Made by a program: the position numbers and the translations under genes. A stretch of DNA of 60,268 nucleotides, the filler included, from Globobulimina sp. (taxonomy: Eukaryota): assembly GCA_003354225.1 (NCBI GenBank). It is 12 parts of 12 records of this genome, joined end to end, with 100 filler letters (N's around TTAATTAATTAA, not from the genome) between each part and the next. Parts side by side here need not be neighbours in the genome. Positions count along the whole stretch, not along the records: positions 1 to 4,940 come from PIVH01000831.1; positions 5,041 to 9,979 come from PIVH01000832.1; positions 10,080 to 15,017 come from PIVH01000833.1; 9 more parts are not named here. One strand, given 5' to 3'. Shown here one piece after another: positions 1 to 11,592 of this stretch; positions within the stretch are counted from its first letter, which is position 1; each line of letters opens with the position of its first letter. Below the pieces are notes generated by a model. The model worked only from the letters and a program-made list of their open reading frames with translations. It was not told the DNA's origin and did not search any database.

Positions 1-2466
1 ACAATATTCATATTCCTGTTCAATATTATTCATATTTATATTCTCCGTCAACCTGAATTTTATACTTTTCTTCTTCGCTAACAATGGTCCATGTATTTGC
101 GTGTTAGTATTATTTGGTGGCGAAATCTTTAAAATATCCATGTCATTTGGCAAAGGAACAGTATCTGCACTTTGATAAATATCTAAATCAATACTGTCCC
201 TCCGTTTATTGCCTTGTTTGTATTCACATTTCTCCTCATTTATAATCCCAATGTGTTTATGCTTTGTTTCAGTGTCACTCAACAACGCACCAAACGTATG
301 TGCAAATTGCCGAATTATCAATGATATCAATGTCTCATTACCATCACTCTCCATCTCCTCATTACACATTGGCTGCGACATATTTTCAATGCTATGGATA
401 ATACGCAACAATGCTTGGTTTTGAACATGCGATCTATGAAAGGGCAAAATATTGGTCAAAGAACTACTTTTCCTGTTGGAATATGCGGCATTCCTCATCA
501 TACGGATCATTTTATTGTTATAACTGGTTAACGAAGCAACACTTTTTATTTTATTATTATAATGAATAGATTGTGTATCTAATATTTTATCATCAATTAT
601 CTGCAATTCCTGATCAATTTCCTCCGTCAATGATTTCAATTCATTCAATATATCACTGCCACAGGTCAGAGATCTCTGTGTATGGTTACTTTGAATTTTA
701 TAAAAATCTTTATGTTTTCCTGTAGAATATACATCGTCATCGGAAGTGTCTGCTGGTTTGTTATTATTTTGATTGGAAGGGAAGGAGCCATATAACTCAT
801 CAATGGTAGACACCGTATTTTCGTCGGGAATATCTGGCAAACTCATCACCTCAATCAAAGATGTCGCAGCTTTTTCGTGTACAATGATAGTTTTTTGTGT
901 GCTCGCAATGGATGGATTTGTATTACTTTGGCTGTTTTGTTTGCGTCTCACAATGCGTTCTTGTAACTTCTCTTCTTCTCCTTTTTGTTTCCGTATTGTT
1001 TCTCTGATGTTTTTCTGTTGTTGGCGTAGCATTAACTTCCGTTCCATCAATAACTGTGCATGCAAGCGAATGCCTAAGCTGTCATCGGTCATTATCTCGT
1101 CAAAATCATCCCATTCTTGTTCGATATTGACTGTACTCCGCAGACTCTCATTCAATTTCATATCGGTTTGTTTATGTTCATCATTGGAGCCATTTAAAGT
1201 TAAATCATCGTCAAAACTCATGGATTGTACTGCCGATTTGGACTGGTTTTTCTTTAATACATTGACATAATCATCAGAGAATCTTCTTGTTTTTTGACGT
1301 TTTTGTAATTCGGATTGCTTCGGAGATATAAAAACACATAGAAACACTGGTGTAATTATCAAAAAACGCACACAAACATACCACGGATAGTTTGATTTTC
1401 GGTGTGTTTGATTTTTTTTCCATTTTAGCTGTATTGCACTCCGACAATAAAGAAGCACCGCGAGCTCTTTTGCGTGAATTTAGAGAATTTATGCTTTTAT
1501 TTAATTTGACAGCATCTTCATCACTCACTGATTCACTCTCGATTTGTTTTAAAATATCTGCATTTAACTTTAAATCAACGGTATTAAACATTTTTGTTCC
1601 TTTTTTATTCCTTGCAATTGAATATAATCCTTTTTTGTTCTTTTCTTCATTCAAATATTCTACCGGTCCGATTATTTTCTGTTATTATTAAAAACCACAA
1701 AAACAAGTGTTTCGTTTCCATAGTATTGGTATAAAAATATATCATTGAACTTTACCTCAACAATTTGGATGCCTTCAGTTAAATCTTTGCGTCCTTTCGG
1801 TACGGAAATCATTAATGTCAATGCTTCAACGCGGCAGGTCCCAATATTTTTGACCATCAATTCCTTGTTCAGTTGGTATAATTTAACCGGATCATAGCAC
1901 TGTGTCATTTGGTGCTCGTTTAGCAATAATTTGAACTCTGTTTTATGCAGGTTTTGTGATGATGATTTTAATTGTTTTCGTTTATGTGCATATGGTTTGC
2001 GATTATTCCAATTGTGCTGCAGCTGCAACAATGCATATGTTTGAGCTTTATCGCGTGACAAGTTTTGGCCATGGCGCCGTTTGTTAGGTTTGCAATTGTT
2101 GCTTATTTTGGAGGTTTGTTGCTGTGGTGGGGTTTTAAATGCATTCGATTTGTTGTTTTGCTGCAACGGTTGAGATGTTGCTTGCGGAGGTTTTGATGTT
2201 TTCGGTTTATTAATGGTCATTGGTTTGGACTTTTTATATTTGAAATATGATTTTTTGGGGTTGTTGTTTGACTCTATTTGGGGCTGTTTCTTACGGTCTG
2301 ACATTGCTTGATAACTATGTGCACGATAAGGGTGACTGTGACCACGATCTGGCTGTTTTAAATGCAAATGGTACGCCATGATTATACAGCGAAAAAGTGA
2401 AAACTGTTTTACTTGGAACAATGGAACCAGATTTGTCAGCCAAATTGGCCCGATCGCAGGCGTCAT
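1..2466 (-). CDS. Hypothetical hydrophilic protein, 3 exons, 3'-truncated at contig edge
   Basis: ORFs 1672..2466 and 1274..1654 plus an open frame 1..1317 join in phase via GT-AG introns 1679..1755 (IVE|KIIG) and 1318..1381 (KLSV|QSEL). Start is at 2466 or 2379. No domain recognised. Confidence 0.75.
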
Positions 2467-2647
2467 TGCAGCATATCATTACTGTAATTTTGGAAAGGAT
2501 GGTCGCTGTGGTGTGTGTTGAACAGTTTTATGCTTCCGTCCATGTAGACACATAACAATATTAAATCAAATCAAAAACAAAAAGTTTTATATTTTATATT
2601 CGGGCAGACCCGGCTACGTAACATGTTGTGGCATCATTGGAAGTGCC

Positions 2648-4651
2648 ATGTTTTATATCCGCGGCTATCTGTTAGCATTTCCACCGCCAAACATATTGAG
2701 TGACATTAACGATAACAATGACATAAATATATATTATTTAGCATCAAATATATTACCCTTTGAAACATTTGTTCACATCGCATTATTATTTCTGGCATCC
2801 ATCACGTATTGGAAAGTACAAAATATTTTATCATTTTGTATGGTGAAATGCGGCTGTTTCTATCTTTTCATTCATTCAATATTTTCATTAATACTGCTTT
2901 CCAAATATTTCTACACATACTACGAAAGCACAAATTATGCCATGATCACAGTGCCATTGACCTTCATTTGCTGGTTTTTAATTGCCTCGTTTTTCGGTTT
3001 TGTAATTGTGAGCAAACAGCATGCTTCCAATCAAGAATTGAAATATAAATGGAAGCAAATCAAAAACACCAAGCACCAAAACAAAAACTACCAACAACTC
3101 AGCTCAGACGACGTCGACCACCAAAATGAAAACGAAAACGAAGCAGAAAGCCAACACCAATGCGACCAACAATTTATTAATCGGCAATATTGGTCGTATT
3201 ACATTTATGTTTTGCTGGGACTCAATGTTTTGTGGTATATTTCTTATTCGTTGGCTCAGTGCATCAATAATCTGTATTCGATGCGGCAATGCGGCCCAGA
3301 CTCGATATTGACAGTCGGTGCGTGGATTGCTGGCTACACTCAGTCATTTACGCAGTGCTTCCACCACGCCTTCATACTGTCGTGCATTTACAACATAGTG
3401 TTCCGGCCATGGTGCCACAACACGGTCTACATCGCCATTGGAGCCACGTTGACCTCTTTCTTGTTGCACGCCGGCTATTTATTGCTGTTTCTCTCCGAAA
3501 TGGAATGGAAATTCGAATTCGAGGCCGGCCACATTGCCACTTTCCACTCGCTTTCGTTGGGATTAATATTGAGCAAAACCGGCATCTTATCGCTTTTGCT
3601 GGTTTGCGAGCGCAAATTGTACCACTTATTGTCGCCGAAAAAGGAATACAATAAACACGAGTTGGTGCGCAAAAGACCCACAATGCTCGACATCTTATCT
3701 TTTGATGGCATGACTCGGAGACAAATGAAAGCTTTGTATGCCATTACAATGTCAAGCACCTTCTTCTTCGTCTCGATGCATTTGGAGATAATATTTATGT
3801 TATGCGCCTCGACGTTTTTGTTCAGAGAGGAGCAGAATCCGTGGCTCATTTTCAATGAGATGTTGTTGTGGTCCTTCCATCTCTGCACAGTGTACGTCCA
3901 CGCAATGGTGGTTTCGGTGCAGTTCAGCGACTCTTTTGTGAGAGCCTCGCGATTGTTGGCAAGCTTGAACGCCTCGCTCTTAATATTTGCAGTTTGCAAT
4001 ATAGGCTATGTTTCTTATGCGATTTATCGGAGCCCGACGGCGAAATATGTCTATTTGGACTACATTGTGATTGTGTTTTGTTTGCTGCGTTGCTTGGCTT
4101 CGTTTGGAGGCTGGATCGGATTCAGCAAATTAAAAACCATCCAACCATTTTCAATGCCGGTCTACAAATACGATGAGATTACGGAGAATGACAAGAAACG
4201 CACAAAATTGCCGGTGCGCTATGTCTGGGGCTACGCCGCCTTGTTGTTGCTGTATTTTGTGGCTTGTTTGTATCGCTTGGAGTGGAACGGCAATTTATTT
4301 GGGTTGCACGGCTGTAATTGGCCCATCATTTGCAGCGACACGCCGTTGTATGGATTATTATTTCACAGCGGTTTGTTAAACATGATATTCATTTTCGATG
4401 CCGGCATTTCAAAGCGATGGGCGCCGACCTGGGATCTGAGCCGCTTGTTTTTGGCATCCATCGCCATTTTGGGAGCTGTGCAAATTGTTAATTGCTTGCT
4501 ATTGTATTGCGGAGACATTTATGCCTACAATAAGTGTGAAATCGCATTGTTGCTCTCGTTGCTGGTTTGGATGGCTTTCTCTCTCAAAATGAGCACAAAA
4601 TTGCACGCATTGGACAATCTATTTCTGTACAAAAGGAAAATATTCATCTAA
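2648..4651 (+). CDS. Polytopic membrane protein of unknown family (667 aa, more than 10 hydrophobic segments)
   Basis: Long ORF with many TM-length hydrophobic stretches. A possible acceptor at 2607 suggests the true start may lie in an upstream exon. Confidence 0.75.
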   Translation: MFYIRGYLLAFPPPNILSDINDNNDINIYYLASNILPFETFVHIALLFLASITYWKVQNILSFCMVKCGCFYLFIHSIFSLILLSKYFYTYYESTNYAMITVPLTFICWFLIASFFGFVIVSKQHASNQELKYKWKQIKNTKHQNKNYQQLSSDDVDHQNENENEAESQHQCDQQFINRQYWSYYIYVLLGLNVLWYISYSLAQCINNLYSMRQCGPDSILTVGAWIAGYTQSFTQCFHHAFILSCIYNIVFRPWCHNTVYIAIGATLTSFLLHAGYLLLFLSEMEWKFEFEAGHIATFHSLSLGLILSKTGILSLLLVCERKLYHLLSPKKEYNKHELVRKRPTMLDILSFDGMTRRQMKALYAITMSSTFFFVSMHLEIIFMLCASTFLFREEQNPWLIFNEMLLWSFHLCTVYVHAMVVSVQFSDSFVRASRLLASLNASLLIFAVCNIGYVSYAIYRSPTAKYVYLDYIVIVFCLLRCLASFGGWIGFSKLKTIQPFSMPVYKYDEITENDKKRTKLPVRYVWGYAALLLLYFVACLYRLEWNGNLFGLHGCNWPIICSDTPLYGLLFHSGLLNMIFIFDAGISKRWAPTWDLSRLFLASIAILGAVQIVNCLLLYCGDIYAYNKCEIALLLSLLVWMAFSLKMSTKLHALDNLFLYKRKIFI

Positions 4652-4940
4652 AATCTAAAATGGTCCTTCCTTCACACAAACAATCTTCAATTCATTTCAA
4701 AAATAACCTACAAATTTACTTTGAACATTGACATGAAGCATCTTTTAATTTAATCCCAGTTATAACTACAGCCCTATTGGCCATTGTATAACTACAGCCT
4801 AGCCTAGCCTGTCAATTTGACACAGCAGCTCTCAAGTGGAATCTTACGTACAAGTACAAGGGGATACCATGAGGGTTTTTGCTTTTAGTTAATTTCTTCA
4901 ATGAACGCTTTGATAATTGAAGAAAAAAAAACTTTTGTCA

Positions 4941-5040
4941 NNNNNNNNNNNNNNNNNNNNNNNNNNNNNNNNNNNNNNNNNNNNTTAATTAATTAANNNN
5001 NNNNNNNNNNNNNNNNNNNNNNNNNNNNNNNNNNNNNNNN
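4941..5040. other. Artificial contig spacer (N44-TTAATTAATTAA-N44), first of 11
   Basis: Identical 100-nt spacers at 4941, 9980, 15018, 20055, 25092, 30125, 35154, 40183, 45207, 50230 and 55251. The core places stops in all six frames. Contig lengths run in descending order (4940 to 4918). Confidence 0.99.
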
Positions 5041-6684
5041 AACAGCAGCACCACCGTAGCAGCCACTATGTACATATCCTATTTATGTGGAATATCAATA
5101 TTTGTAACTGGCGGTGTTGGCGGTGTACATCGCGGCGTCCAGGAAACCTGGGACATTTCAGCTGATTTAATTGAATTATCTCATACCCCAATCACTGTGA
5201 TTTGTGCTGGAATAAAATCAATTTTAGACATTGCAAAAACATTGGAATACTTAGAGACAAATGGCGTTACTGTCACGACATTAAAACAAGACAATTTCCC
5301 TGCTTTTTTTATGTCTGATTCGAAAATAAAATCACCGTTAAAATCAAATAGCATCTCTCAAATCGCTGAAATGATCAAAATATCAAAGGAATTAAAATTA
5401 AATAATGGAATATTAGTTGCCGTTCCAAACACATTTGATGATAAATCGGATGATAGTTTTTCAAAAACCATTGAGAAAGCTACGGATATTTCATTACGAG
5501 AAATAAAAGAAAAGCACATTACAGGACGTGATATCACACCATATATTTTAGATCGTGTGCATACATTAACAAACGGACAGTCTTTAAATGCAAATATAAA
5601 ATTAATACATAACAATGCTGAAGTTGGTGCGCAGATTGCATTGGAATTATATAATAATACGTCTGATGTGTTAGTGATTGGAGGCTGTGTTTGTGATATT
5701 ATTGCAGCACCAAACAAAAATAATAAATCCTTAGTAACTTACACATCAAATCCAGGATTATCACAGATTAGCTTTGGCGGAACCGGTCGTAATATATCTG
5801 AATGCATTGCAAAATTAAATCATTCTGTTACTATGTTAAGTGCTGTTGGTGATGATGTTTTTGGTCAGAAAATCATAAAACATTTGAATAAATATGCAAT
5901 AAATACATCAAATATTATAAAATCAAAGAAATATGCCACTAGTAAATATATTGCAATCTTGGATGGAAATAATGATTTATTTGTGTCTGTTGCGGATCTG
6001 TCAGTATTAGAAAATGAAATGGATGCAAATTATTTTAATGATTCAAAGATTAAAAATATTATAAAATGTGCAAGATTTATTGTATTGGATGGGAATTTAA
6101 CATATGACGTATTAGAACAAATAACATCAAATATAAATATTAAGAATGTTGCCATTTGGTATGAACCGATATCTGTTGAAAAGAGCAAACGTATTGTAAA
6201 TAAAACCAATAATAAAATATTGCCTGGAATCACATATATATCACCAAATGAAATGGAATTATTTGCATTGTTAAAAGAAACAAAATATCCATTTCTAATT
6301 AATGACAATATTATTAATACTGCAGATATTGCTGAATATGTTAAATATTGTACATATATCATACAATGTGGTGTTGAAAATATTATATTAACAATGGGAG
6401 CAAATGGAGTTTTAGTTGTAATGAGGAATAAGAATAATGGATATATTACACATGAACATATTAAAGTAAATCAACTTCAATCGTCACAAATAAAAAATAC
6501 AAATGGTGCAGGGGATAATTTATGCGGTGCGACAATATGTTCGTTGCTTGAAGGCAATGATTTAATTCAATCAGTTGCAAAATATGGAATTGCTGCTTCA
6601 AGATTATGTTTACAATCAAAGGATGCTGTAAATCATAAACTCTCTCCACAGCTATTAAAGCTAGCGCTTCGATCTAATCTCTGA
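5041..6684 (+). CDS. psuG: Bifunctional pseudouridine-5'-phosphate glycosidase / PfkB-family pseudouridine kinase (5'-truncated)
   Basis: PsuG motifs TTVAATM, FVTGGVGGVHRG, DISADLIEL, GIKSILDIAKTLEYLET and GRDITPYIL, followed by PfkB motifs GGTGRNI, AVGDDVFG and NTNGAGD. The frame is open to the contig edge. Confidence 0.93.
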   Translation, partial: NSSTTVAATMYISYLCGISIFVTGGVGGVHRGVQETWDISADLIELSHTPITVICAGIKSILDIAKTLEYLETNGVTVTTLKQDNFPAFFMSDSKIKSPLKSNSISQIAEMIKISKELKLNNGILVAVPNTFDDKSDDSFSKTIEKATDISLREIKEKHITGRDITPYILDRVHTLTNGQSLNANIKLIHNNAEVGAQIALELYNNTSDVLVIGGCVCDIIAAPNKNNKSLVTYTSNPGLSQISFGGTGRNISECIAKLNHSVTMLSAVGDDVFGQKIIKHLNKYAINTSNIIKSKKYATSKYIAILDGNNDLFVSVADLSVLENEMDANYFNDSKIKNIIKCARFIVLDGNLTYDVLEQITSNINIKNVAIWYEPISVEKSKRIVNKTNNKILPGITYISPNEMELFALLKETKYPFLINDNIINTADIAEYVKYCTYIIQCGVENIILTMGANGVLVVMRNKNNGYITHEHIKVNQLQSSQIKNTNGAGDNLCGATICSLLEGNDLIQSVAKYGIAASRLCLQSKDAVNHKLSPQLLKLALRSNL

Positions 6685-6740
6685 CAAAATGTGCATTAAA
6701 CTGAAAACCCTTCTTAGAAAATAGTATTTTAAAACTTCTG

Positions 6741-8018
6741 ATGGGAAACAAGTGCACTGGAATTGCAAGGAAACATAACAATTCAAATTCAAAACATAGT
6801 TCAAAAGCAGAACTTAAATCTCAATCCGATAGAATAAATTTATTGTTGCCAACAGGATACATTCGTCACATAGAGAAACAGTATTATAATTTATTCGTAC
6901 CAGACACTATCAAATCCATCATCTGTCAATATGCACGACACTCAAAGTATAAGATTCATCAAATTGGTGGAGATAATGGTGTGTCTGCCAGTGCATTGGA
7001 ACAAAGAATAGGAAATGTCTCAGTATATAACTTTTATAAGAACCATCGCGAATTACTGGTAATAAATGACCAATACGATGTTGTAAAATGGGGAAACAAA
7101 ACGGGAGCTATTAATTTTATCCATAAAATAGAACAAATTGTTTTATTATCGACTGGGTGCTACAATAAATATCATACAGTTGCATTGAGCCAAGACAATA
7201 AGATTTATGTAGCAGGTTGTAATGTATTTGGACGTACAGCACATGGCAACCATCCGTCGTATATTAAAAAGGATGGTAATAATTTTTGGGAATTACTTGA
7301 AATACCATTTTTTTTAAATGATATTAATGATCAAGTCGTTGATATTCGATGTGGAGTCAAACATTGTTTATTCTTAACCCAATGTCATAATTTATATGCT
7401 GTTGGCTCCAATTCTGATGGACAACTTTGTAAAAACACTTCAAATCCATATCCAAATATGCCTACATTGGTCCTAACAGAGATTATTGCCATGGATGTGG
7501 GAATGAATCATAATTTATTGATACATAATAATGGTAATTTACTATGTTACGGACAATTGGATTGTTCGCCATTTTTAGATAACAAATCAATAATGGATTA
7601 TTTTAAGAGAAACAAAATTTCATTTAAAATGGTAAGGTGCGGTGCAAATCATTGTATATGTGTCTCTGACGAGAATTTGTTATATGCATTTGGACATAAT
7701 GATTATCATCAACTTGGACATAAAGATTTGACAAATTATGTCGAGTTGAGATATTTTAAGGAACCGATCCAACTGTTAACTCAATGTCGAGTGTCAACAG
7801 CTGATTGTGGTATGAATCATAATCTAGTTTTGCTAAAAAACGGTGATTTAGTATGTTTTGGTCGAAATAATAATAATCAATGTGGGAGAAACACCAATTG
7901 GGATACAGTACCTTCACCGTACATCATAAACAAAGAAAAAGATTTATTGCTTCCTTCTTCAACATGTATTTGGTCTATTATTGCATTTGCAGACAACTCA
8001 CTCATTTTTGTTGATTGA
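6741..8018 (+). CDS. RCC1/BLIP-II repeat protein with MGNKC N-terminus (possible myristoylation)
   Basis: Repeated CGxxH(C/N)L...LY(A/C)FGxNxxxQ(L/C)G motifs typical of RCC1 blades. Confidence 0.88.
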   Translation: MGNKCTGIARKHNNSNSKHSSKAELKSQSDRINLLLPTGYIRHIEKQYYNLFVPDTIKSIICQYARHSKYKIHQIGGDNGVSASALEQRIGNVSVYNFYKNHRELLVINDQYDVVKWGNKTGAINFIHKIEQIVLLSTGCYNKYHTVALSQDNKIYVAGCNVFGRTAHGNHPSYIKKDGNNFWELLEIPFFLNDINDQVVDIRCGVKHCLFLTQCHNLYAVGSNSDGQLCKNTSNPYPNMPTLVLTEIIAMDVGMNHNLLIHNNGNLLCYGQLDCSPFLDNKSIMDYFKRNKISFKMVRCGANHCICVSDENLLYAFGHNDYHQLGHKDLTNYVELRYFKEPIQLLTQCRVSTADCGMNHNLVLLKNGDLVCFGRNNNNQCGRNTNWDTVPSPYIINKEKDLLLPSSTCIWSIIAFADNSLIFVD

Positions 8019-8057
8019 TTTTGCGAAATTAATTTTGTTGATTAATTGTAAAAAAAG

Positions 8058-9947
8058 TTACAACTCCGAATCACTTATTACAAATTCAAGTTTTCTTTTT
8101 TTCTTTTGTTTGAATATTTTTTTCATTTCATTTCTTATCCCGATTTGTGGTATCAACACAGCCCAATCACTCGACTCTAAATCATTCAATCTGTCATCTG
8201 TCACCTGATGATGTTTAAATACACCCAATACATTGACATAGTGTTTCAGACTTATTTGTTTCAATGTTTTCTCAATCCATTCATACTTTTTATTGCCATT
8301 TAATATTGCAACAGGAGAGAATGTGTCGACTGCCAAATTGTATTTCATTTCATCGCTTATAGCATTAATTGGATTTGATACTTTTTTTTCTTCTTCTTCT
8401 TCCTTGGCATCCTTGCCATCATTAAATGTTTCCAGAAACGGTATACGTAAATCCATATTATTATTAGTTAATATCTCTACTATTCCACTTTGATTATTAT
8501 TGCGATCATCTGTATCTGTATCAGTTTCAATGTACAATAAACTGCCAACATCGAACGTAAACCCATCTGCTGAATTATTCACAGAGTTATTTTTACGATT
8601 TTTAGTTTGTTTAACTTTGTGTATTTGTTCTTGTAACAATAAGCGATGATTATTAATATTATGATATGGATTATCGTCAATAATGCCATACGAATGTAAG
8701 TTTTTATTTGCTATTTTGAGTGAGTTTAGGTTCATATTATCGCTGATTGGATTCCCCCAGCTCCAATTCCCAGAGGTCTCGTCCGGATCCATTACGATAG
8801 CTTCATACATTCGAGTTTGAGCATTCACGATTTCAATAAAAGTGGTGAATGATATATGTTGGATTGCATCTTCACTTTTTAATCCAAACTCATCCGAATT
8901 CCATGAAAACTCTGAAACGGAGCTGTTGTTCAGTCGAAATGTCTCCACTTTTGCGTTTGCATAACTTGTTCCATTGCATTCCACCAAAATATGCCATAAC
9001 ACATCAATGGATGTAATATTAGGAGGCAATGATAGTAAATGTAGCCGAATGACTAACTCATGCGTCCAGGCATATACTTGGGCAAATACTAAACACCAAT
9101 TATTATCTAATAAGGGTGACGAATATATCTTTTTTTCAGGATTAAGTGATGGATTTAATGTCCATTTATACTCGATGCGTTTACACATTCTTGTATTTGA
9201 ATGATAGACACTTAATATATTACGTTGTGTGTCTAAAATATCAACATGTAATAAGTCTAAATTTCCAGTGAATTGAACAGATTCAAATGATTTTAAATCT
9301 TCAGCTCTAAAAAATGCAGAATGGTCTAACTCTGTTAATATTTCTATATTATCCACCATAGCAAATGAAGTATTAATGATGGATTGAAATTGTTTGTTTA
9401 ATGGTTTGCAATAAATCGTAACCAAAGCAACAATTTTAGCGGTTTTTTGTTGTGGTAATAGTGAATGTGTGAAGTTAGTGTAAAGGTACAAACGTTGAGA
9501 GTTTCCTGCAAAATCCCACGAACTGTTTGACTCTTGTTTTTTAATAATAATTTGAAAATTCATATGGTTGCAACAAAATATTTTGCTTTTATAATAATGG
9601 TATTTATTTAGATGGATAGATTGCACATCGAATGAAAACCCAACCAATCCAAACATATTAAGACATAATGCCAATATATCATTTGGTACTGATTTAGAAT
9701 GGCTCATTCTTCCATATCCAAATACTAAATATTCTCTGTCAATTTTCGATGAAATAACAATTTCGTTTTCTGTGGATGTCCATTTCTCATAATTACAAGG
9801 AGGTGTTATATCCCAATCCCATGTAAAATCTATGTTAAACAGATAATTTTTGTATCAATGCAGGTATATATCATCGCCTTAACTCGAATTTACGTTGGAA
9901 TTTCCTGGTACACCAGAAATACTCGAATCAAAATCCCAACCAGACAT
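8058..9947 (-). CDS. Hypothetical protein with MATH-like beta-sandwich region(s) and C-terminal SAM-like domain
   Basis: ORF 8058..9707 extends upstream in frame (YLVFGYGRM). A putative first exon starts at ATG 9947, with an intron at ~9830..9883. The C-terminus WIEKTLKQI...FKHHQVTDDRLNDL...LIPQIGIR is SAM-like. Confidence 0.65.
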
Positions 9948-10079
9948 TATTAATTATTTAGTATGTTATAAAACTGAACNNNNNNNNNNNNNNNNNNNNN
10001 NNNNNNNNNNNNNNNNNNNNNNNTTAATTAATTAANNNNNNNNNNNNNNNNNNNNNNNNNNNNNNNNNNNNNNNNNNNN

Positions 10080-11379
10080 AATATACAATTGGCGAAGAAG
10101 AAGCGGTATCAATCAATTACGCTGAAATAGAATCGTCCGATGCTGGCTGGACAAATAATGTCGTTACAGATATCGGTATAAGAACTTCAAAATCAAATAC
10201 TGAGCATAGTAAATATGGATTACACCAAGAATGTGTTGCATTGACCACAACGATAAGATTTCCTGAAATCTATGCGGATACAAACTGGAAAAAGGTACAG
10301 GTTACTTATAGTAAACAGGAATGTATTGCTTTTTTGGAGGGGGACATTGACGATTGCAAGAAAATTGAATTAAAACCAAACCAGATGCCAATGCTACGCC
10401 AAACAACGCGTGATATGCAAATATTTTATTGTAAATCTAACAACATGATATATTGTGTTAGTAATGAGTTGGTAGAAAAATCCATTGTTTTTTGCGGTGA
10501 TGAATATGCAAAATCAGCAAAGAATCGGCGGTTTGGCTTAGTTCGTAAATGTGTGTGGCTTAGACGTATCCGCAGGCATGGGTTTATGATAAATATTATC
10601 CGTTTTTCCATCAAAATATTACTGAGGCAGTATGGATTTGTGCGCGGTATAACTGGATTAAACATTGTCTGTATGGACAAGATAATGAATTCAATATATT
10701 CAGATCGTTATGCTTTGTTGGGCCATATGCAGGGTTTGGTGAAGTACTCCGATTATCGATTGGCGTCCTTTGTTTGCTGTTGCAAGTAATATTAAGTGTG
10801 GGTATCGTATGGGAGGTGGTGGAAACGTGGGATAATGAGATGTTTAGTAATGATGTGATGATTTGGTTAATATCAATCATTGCATTCTCATTTTTATCGT
10901 ATGCGTATTCATTCACTGTGCGGAAATATTATGAATTTTATGAGAATATGCATTACATTTGCGATATTTCGTGGTTTATAGTAATACTCGATTTTACATC
11001 CAATATATTTATTGGATTTGTCATTTGTTGTATATCTTTTTTTTATTTGTTGCAATCGCCCTCTATGACCGATGTTGTGTTGAATAGTTTTGCTTTAGCT
11101 TTTGTGATCGAGTTGGATGACTTTGCAAATCTGTGGGAAGCGGATGAAGATCAATTGATGGCGGCAGATTGGGAAATGTTAGGAAATGAGAATATATTCT
11201 ATCCCGATTGGGACGAAGTAAGTAGGAAAAGAAAGATTGGATTGGATAAATGGTCATTTATGAGCATTCCTATTATTTTATTATCGCCATTTTTCATATT
11301 TTATGCATTTTTTGCCAATATCTATTGGATGGTACGTTATCTTAAAACTAGAAAAAGTTTGTTTGTTTATTATCATTAA
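10080..11379 (+). CDS. Membrane protein (C-terminal DVVLNSFALAFVIELDD motif), 5'-truncated, with frame change near 10540-10565
   Basis: The frame of ORF 10241 is open from the contig start. The frame of ORF 10774 is open back to a TAG at 10561-10563. Joining them needs an intron or an indel. Confidence 0.6.
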
Positions 11380-11592
11380 AATTATTTTACTGAATAGTCT
11401 TCATTTTAAACAGTATATTAATATTTTATAATTTGACATTTTAATTATTTGTGTAGAAACCTAACAAAACAATAAAAGCTTGAACTGCTATGAAATTACA
11501 ATTATTTGATTCTCACATAGCACACATACATCAAAAACACATTGTAATCCACCAAAAACAATTTTTTTTAATCAAATCAAAAATACTTTGGT

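Noticed and set aside
4761-4810. TATAACTACAGCC direct repeat and TAGCC run
   Set aside because: A short local duplication with no further support.
4985-4996. Recurrent TTAATTAATTAA palindrome every ~5 kb
   Set aside because: Embedded in N runs; it is a synthetic six-frame stop linker, not biology.
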